12,924 nt of DNA, from the NCBI RefSeq assembly GCF_006345805.1, contig NW_021826309.1:1-12924 (forward strand). The letters run 5' to 3'. The number at the start of each line of letters is the position of its first letter. Within the stretch, counting starts at the first letter, position 1. The position numbers and the translations under genes were made by a program. Positions 8,455 to 12,924 of this stretch are shown one piece after another. Below the pieces are notes generated by a model. It saw nothing but the letters and a program-made list of their open reading frames with translations. It ran no database searches and was not told the DNA's origin. Source of the stretch: Octopus sinensis (Eukaryota).

Positions 8455-8726
8455 GTATTATTGGGTCTTAGTCAGTTGAAGTTGAACTCAAATTCATGAA
8501 GTTTTGGAGTGGTGGTCATAAAATAATGGATTCAGCTCTTCAATGTCTAGACATCGCCATTGCTTTAAGAGTTAAAATAATCGAATGATTGTGCATTCCA
8601 TTGTTTCTGCCTAGTCACAGCCATAAAACTGACAACGTGGGAGAAACAATTATCACGACGACGACCACCGCAACAACCACCACGACCACGACCACGACCA
8701 CAACGACCAACAGCAGCAGCAGCAGT

Positions 8727-9128
8727 GGAGGCGCAATGGCCCAGTGGTTAGGGCAGCGGATTCGCGGTCGGAGGATCGCGGTTTCGATTCCCAGACCGGG
8801 CGTTGTATGTGTTTATTGAGCGAAAATACCTAAAAGCTCCACGAAGCTCCTGCAGGGGGTGGTGGGGACCCCTGTTGTACTCTTTCGCCCCAACTTTCTC
8901 TCACTCTTTCTTCCTGTTTCTTGTCCCCGACTCCTTACGCAACCGCTGAGCCTAGATGCGCACTCATCCATCCGTCGATGCTCTCGGTGTCGGGTTGACC
9001 TGCTTTCTCTTCTCCGGGTCTTACGAATAGCAAAGGACCACGTTTCGGACTTCTCCCATCTTGCGAGCTCTGGGACGAAGACCGTTTGCTCAACAGCAAC
9101 AGAAACAGCAGCAACAACAGCAGCAGCC
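8727..9128 (+). mobile_element. tRNA-derived SINE with (CAA/CAG)n tail, embedded in a trinucleotide tract
   Basis: A-box TGGCCCAGTGG (8738-8748), B-box GTTTCGATTCC (8781-8791), tRNA-like head, ends in caacagcaac repeats. Confidence 0.8.
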
Positions 9129-9320
9129 GTCCAAGAATTTGGACCTAGAGATCTCTATTTCCAGGGACTTCGAGGGCCACCTCCCATTGGTGTCGGGCGT
9201 CAACGAAGAGCCCCTCGAGTACAACAAGACGACCAAAGTTTTTTTTTTTCCAAGGTCTGGGGGTCTCCCGCCCCTAAGCCCTAGACCATCACCTAATCAA
9301 ACTTACCCGTCTTGTTGCTT

Positions 9321-9351
<31 letters not shown>

Positions 9352-9414
9352 GCAGCAGCAGCAGCAGAGCACGACTACCACCACCACCACCACCACCACC
9401 ACCACCACCACCAC
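9321..9414. repeat. (AAC)n-(AGC)n-(ACC)n compound microsatellite
   Basis: Direct reading of the sequence. Confidence 0.95.
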
Positions 9415-9489
9415 TGCATTCCCTCTCAATTATTCATACTCTATAGTTCTGCTTCATATTTTGATATACATGACGAAACGTGTATATAT

Positions 9490-9721
9490 ATATTTCTTTA
9501 TTGCCCACAAGGGGCTAAACATAGAGGGGAGAAACAAGGACAGACAAAGGGATTAAGTCGATTATATCGACCCAGAGCGAAACTGGTACTTTATTTATCG
9601 ACCCCGAGAGGATGAAAGGCAAAGTTGACCCTGGCGGAATTTGAACTCAGAACGTAACGACAGACGAAATACCGCTAAGCATTTCGTCCGGCGCGCTAAC
9701 GTTCCTGCCAGCTCGCCGCCT
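9490..9721 (-). mobile_element. tRNA-derived SINE with a 16-bp target-site duplication
   Basis: Minus-strand head ggcggcgagctggcagg.., B-box GAGTTCAAATTCC (9636-9648). Perfect TSD cgaaacgtgtatatat at 9474-9489 and 9722-9737. Confidence 0.9.
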
Positions 9722-10650
9722 CGAAACGTGTATATATTGTTATGAGTTTGGCCAGTGCAGTTCTTGGTGACCCACTTTGGAATAATGGTGCCGGCAGGAC
9801 TGGAGTAAAAAGTAACAGTCCTTTGTTTGCTGGGAGATTAATGGGGTTTGGGAGGGACCTTTGGCCTGTGCCGGTCGAGAAGGGGTCAGAGAGAATGTGG
9901 AAGAGGAAGACAGATTAAGGGATCTGAGAGCTGTCGTGAGAGAGATAGGCAGTAGGGCTGACAGCAGATAGAGAGGATATTGGCAGTGAGAGATGATGAG
10001 GGGCAGAGAGAAGAAAAGTAGTGAGTGAGATAGAGTATAAGGCTAAGGGACAGATTGAGGATAAAGATAGAGTAAGGAATCTAAGAGCAGATAGAGAGGA
10101 TATTAGCAGTGAGAGAGGATGAGGGGGCAAAGAAGGACAGGCAGAGAGTATGGCAGAGCTGTCATGAGAGGGTATGACCAGTAGAGACAGAGGGAGATGA
10201 GGGCAGTGGGAATGAGGGAGACGAAGTGAGGTTTGGCAGTTGGAGTCGGTCGTCGAAGAAGGACAGTCGGATTCTGGAAGTCAGAGCGAGTAGGTGGAAT
10301 CTTAGGAGCAAGCAAGTTGGGATGCAGGACTTGGCAAGCTGGATTTAGCAGTATTGAGGGAGAGATGGAGTGCGGAATGGGAACTGGCGATTCTATTAGG
10401 AATTAAGTATTTGATTGTGTATTGATACGTGTCACGGTGTATTGAAACAGTGAAAAACAGTCAAGGACTTGTCATATGTCGATTATCCAGTTGTGGTATT
10501 TATGTTCAGAATTGTGTTGATATGTGTAGAAAAAGATTATAAAGAACTGTGAACGTTATCTGTTGATGTGATTTGGAAAAAGAACTGTGTCTTCGGACGT
10601 GTCCTTTGAAATATTGTATATGACTTGTTTGTGTCTCCGGACTGATATAT

Positions 10651-10942
10651 TGTTACATCAGTTGTTAAATGCTTTGATCTGTGGTATACCCGTATGATGT
10701 ATTGATTTGTGTTTGCCTTAAATGCTTTGATGTTGTAACCATTGATTGCATATAAACTGTTGTTAAATGTAAGCCAGTGTTGCCTTGCCTCTGTGCCTCT
10801 GTATCTCTCTCTGTGCTGCTGCGGTTGTTGTTGTTGTGTCTCTCCTCTCCTCTCCGACGAGTTTCCGTGGCGGGAGCATTCGCTGATCGAGTCGGGCCTG
10901 TCTGAGGGATTCCGTACAGTTTTCGGAGGTCCCCTCGTAACA
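10651..10942. mobile_element. Probable solo LTR (292 bp; TGTTAC...GTAACA) with ATATAT on both flanks
   Basis: 6-bp terminal inverted repeat with TG..CA ends; atatat at 10645-10650 and 10943-10948; internal TATAAA at 10751; no adjacent TGG-type PBS on either side. Confidence 0.65.
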
Positions 10943-11442
10943 ATATATTAGACTAGTAACAGTTGTCTACAAGAAATATAACTCACAGTCAACTAACACC
11001 ATACACACTAAGTTCCAAGATGAACACCGTTAATTGAAATTTGAAATTTGTTGCTGTAAGTTTTAATTACCGAACGAACACATACCGAGAACATTGACCC
11101 CGGATATGATTTTTGTTTTTCACAGAGAAATTAATTTCTTTTTTGTATTTGACTTCTAACATGTATTGATTATGATGAAGATTTCTTCATAGTAATAAAA
11201 GTAATTAAAAACTAAAGCAGTTTCAAGAGGATTGGATTAAAACCAACGAAATAAGAAATATAAAGGATTATGAAAATTAAAATAAATTCGCTGAATTTTT
11301 CTTCAGCTTTTCATTTCATATTTGATCTGTTGTTTTCTTGCCGTAATGGCGGTAGTTAGAGTGTTAAGAGTGTTGTTGTTTAACCTCAAGTAAGATTTGA
11401 TTAAACCGACATGTGGTCAAAAGTGTTCCCTCTGTGACCATA

Positions 11443-11840
11443 GGCGCAGGAGTGGCTGTGTCGTAAGTAGCTTGCTAACCAACCACATGGTTCCAAGTTC
11501 AGTCCCACTGCGTAGCCTCTTGGGCAAGTGTCTTCTGTTATAGCCCCGGGCCGACCAATGCCTTGTGAGTGGATTTGGTAGACGGAAACTGAAGAAGCCT
11601 GTCGTATATATGTATGATGTATGTTGTGTGCTGTGTTTGTCCCCCTAGCATTGCTTGACAACCGATGCTGGTGTGTTTACGTCCCCCGTCACTTAGCGGT
11701 TCGGCAAAAGAGACCTATAGAATAAGTACTAGGCTTGCAAAGAATAAGTCCCGGTCGTCGATTTGCTCGACTAAAGGCGGTGCTCCAGCATGGCCGCAGT
11801 CAAATGACTGAAACAAGTAAAAGAGTAAAAGAGAAAAGAG
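11443..11840 (+). mobile_element. Near full-length tRNA-derived SINE with LINE-type 3' stem-loop tail
   Basis: A-box-like TGGCTGTGTCG, B-box-like GTTCAGTCCC (11497-11506), body matching 1-120, tail ggcggtgctccagcatggccgcagtcaaatgactgaaac plus (GTAAAAGA)-type repeats. Confidence 0.9.
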
Positions 11841-12924
11841 CATAGAAGGAAAGTTTTAGAAGCTTCTGATGTTTGCTTTATGTATTAAAGAGCATAAACG
11901 CGACTTGAAGGACATTTGGCTGTTATTTCTAGAATGTAGAATGGCTATGTAGAGTTTCCTTCTGGTGTTTGATATCTGTTGACGTTATGGCTTCACAGCT
12001 GCACTGCGATACTAACTAGATCACGTGACGGGATGTTATATGCTGTAACGTTTCTTTCTTTTTTTTTCTTTTGACATTTTCAATTTAAAATCTGGAACAA
12101 AATCCTTCAAAATTTGTTGTTTCTCAATTGATATTTAATCATGTTTTCGAGATTGTAAAAATTCCATTTCAGACTTGTATTTCACATTGATTATTAATCT
12201 AGCGTGGACAGAGGGGTGGTGGTGGTAGGTGAATCCTGCGAAAACCTAAAAGATTCTTTTTTTAAAATATAAACAGAAACAGTATGTAAGGAAACTAACG
12301 GAAAAGTCCACCAGATTTACATTGGTGAATGTCAAGGTTTGTATTGCTAAAAGTGGTTTGTCAAGAACGTAAGAAATAACTATATTAAGTGAAGCAGGAA
12401 GACATCATCGAAACATAAGGATCAAAGAAGATGAGATGGGCAGAATTGAGGAAATCTGCATCAGGTGGCCGAACAAATTATGATGCTGTTGCTGTGATTA
12501 TGATTGCAGTAGTGTTGGTAGTGATGCTTTTTGGGTTTGATATTGGTGGCTGTTTTCATGGGCTCGAGAACAGGGGTTGCAGGGGGTACAAGCGCACCTC
12601 CTGATTGGTGGGAGAGGAGTGATCAGTTGATGGGATTGTGTTGAATCAAAGGAAAACGGTTTAGGATGGTATATAAAAAATGTCGTGGAACCATTTTTGA
12701 TGCATATCGAAAAGTTCGGCATCATCAAAACTGATAACTGTGTTGAGAAAGTAATTTAAAAAGGAAGAAATCATGAAAAGGAAATGGCATGGAAAGGGAA
12801 AAAATATACTGTTTGTGAATAAGAGAAACGTGTGCAAAGAGAGATCCAGAAGGCCGGTGGTTATGGATCCGAGGGAGTAACTTGAAGATAGAAACAGAAG
12901 CACTTATATGCACGGCATAAGAAT

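Noticed and set aside
9031-9068. Antisense three-way junction in the SINE tail (GCAAG-AUG-GGA-GAAG-UCC-GAAAC-GUG-GUC-CUUUGC) resembling a hammerhead
   Set aside because: Stems II and III and GUC fit, but only 3-4 nt replace the 7-nt CUGANGA core. Two deletions would have to be assumed.
9061-9615. 184-aa ORF, and a DLYFQG (TEV-site-like) string in an overlapping frame
   Set aside because: The ORF is a chimera of SINE end, microsatellites and an antisense SINE. The TEV-like string is coincidental and there is no vector context.
12020-12029. E-box palindrome ATCACGTGAC (also CACGTG at 2967-2972)
   Set aside because: A single short motif without a known nearby gene or conservation evidence is expected by chance.
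12400-12924. Purine-rich region with short open frames (e.g. MRWAELRK..VAVIMIAVVLVVMLFGF)
   Set aside because: All frames are interrupted by stops within ~60 codons and I recognise no domain. It may be an old TE or pseudogene, but that cannot be supported without a search.

Overview
Eukaryotic, repeat-saturated genomic DNA with no confidently callable host gene. The SINE families and (TA)n richness look like a cephalopod (Octopus-like) genome; this is inference from recognition, not a search. The main element is a 5'-truncated Neptune-type Penelope-like retroelement (PLE; RT + Cys-rich linker + GIY-YIG endonuclease, 4472-~7311, + strand) sitting between two (TA)n tracts. Its ORF has 7 frameshifts but no nonsense codons. 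The window also holds three type I hammerhead-ribozyme (HHR) folds, each with a different catalytic core. The first is a canonical CUGAGGA/GUC HHR (742-838, -) inside a 72-bp head-to-head inverted repeat. The second is a U3-A8 covariant (UUGACAA, 255-302, -). The third is a CUGUUGAA variant in the PLE 3' end (7179-7215, +). All lie about 50-100 nt upstream of a (TA)n tract in their own orientation. Also present are two CR1/L2-like LINE 3' fragments, several tRNA-derived SINEs (one with a 16-bp TSD), a probable 292-bp solo LTR, and large trinucleotide and minisatellite arrays. Most ORFs in the supplied track are microsatellite artefacts or antisense frames of these elements.
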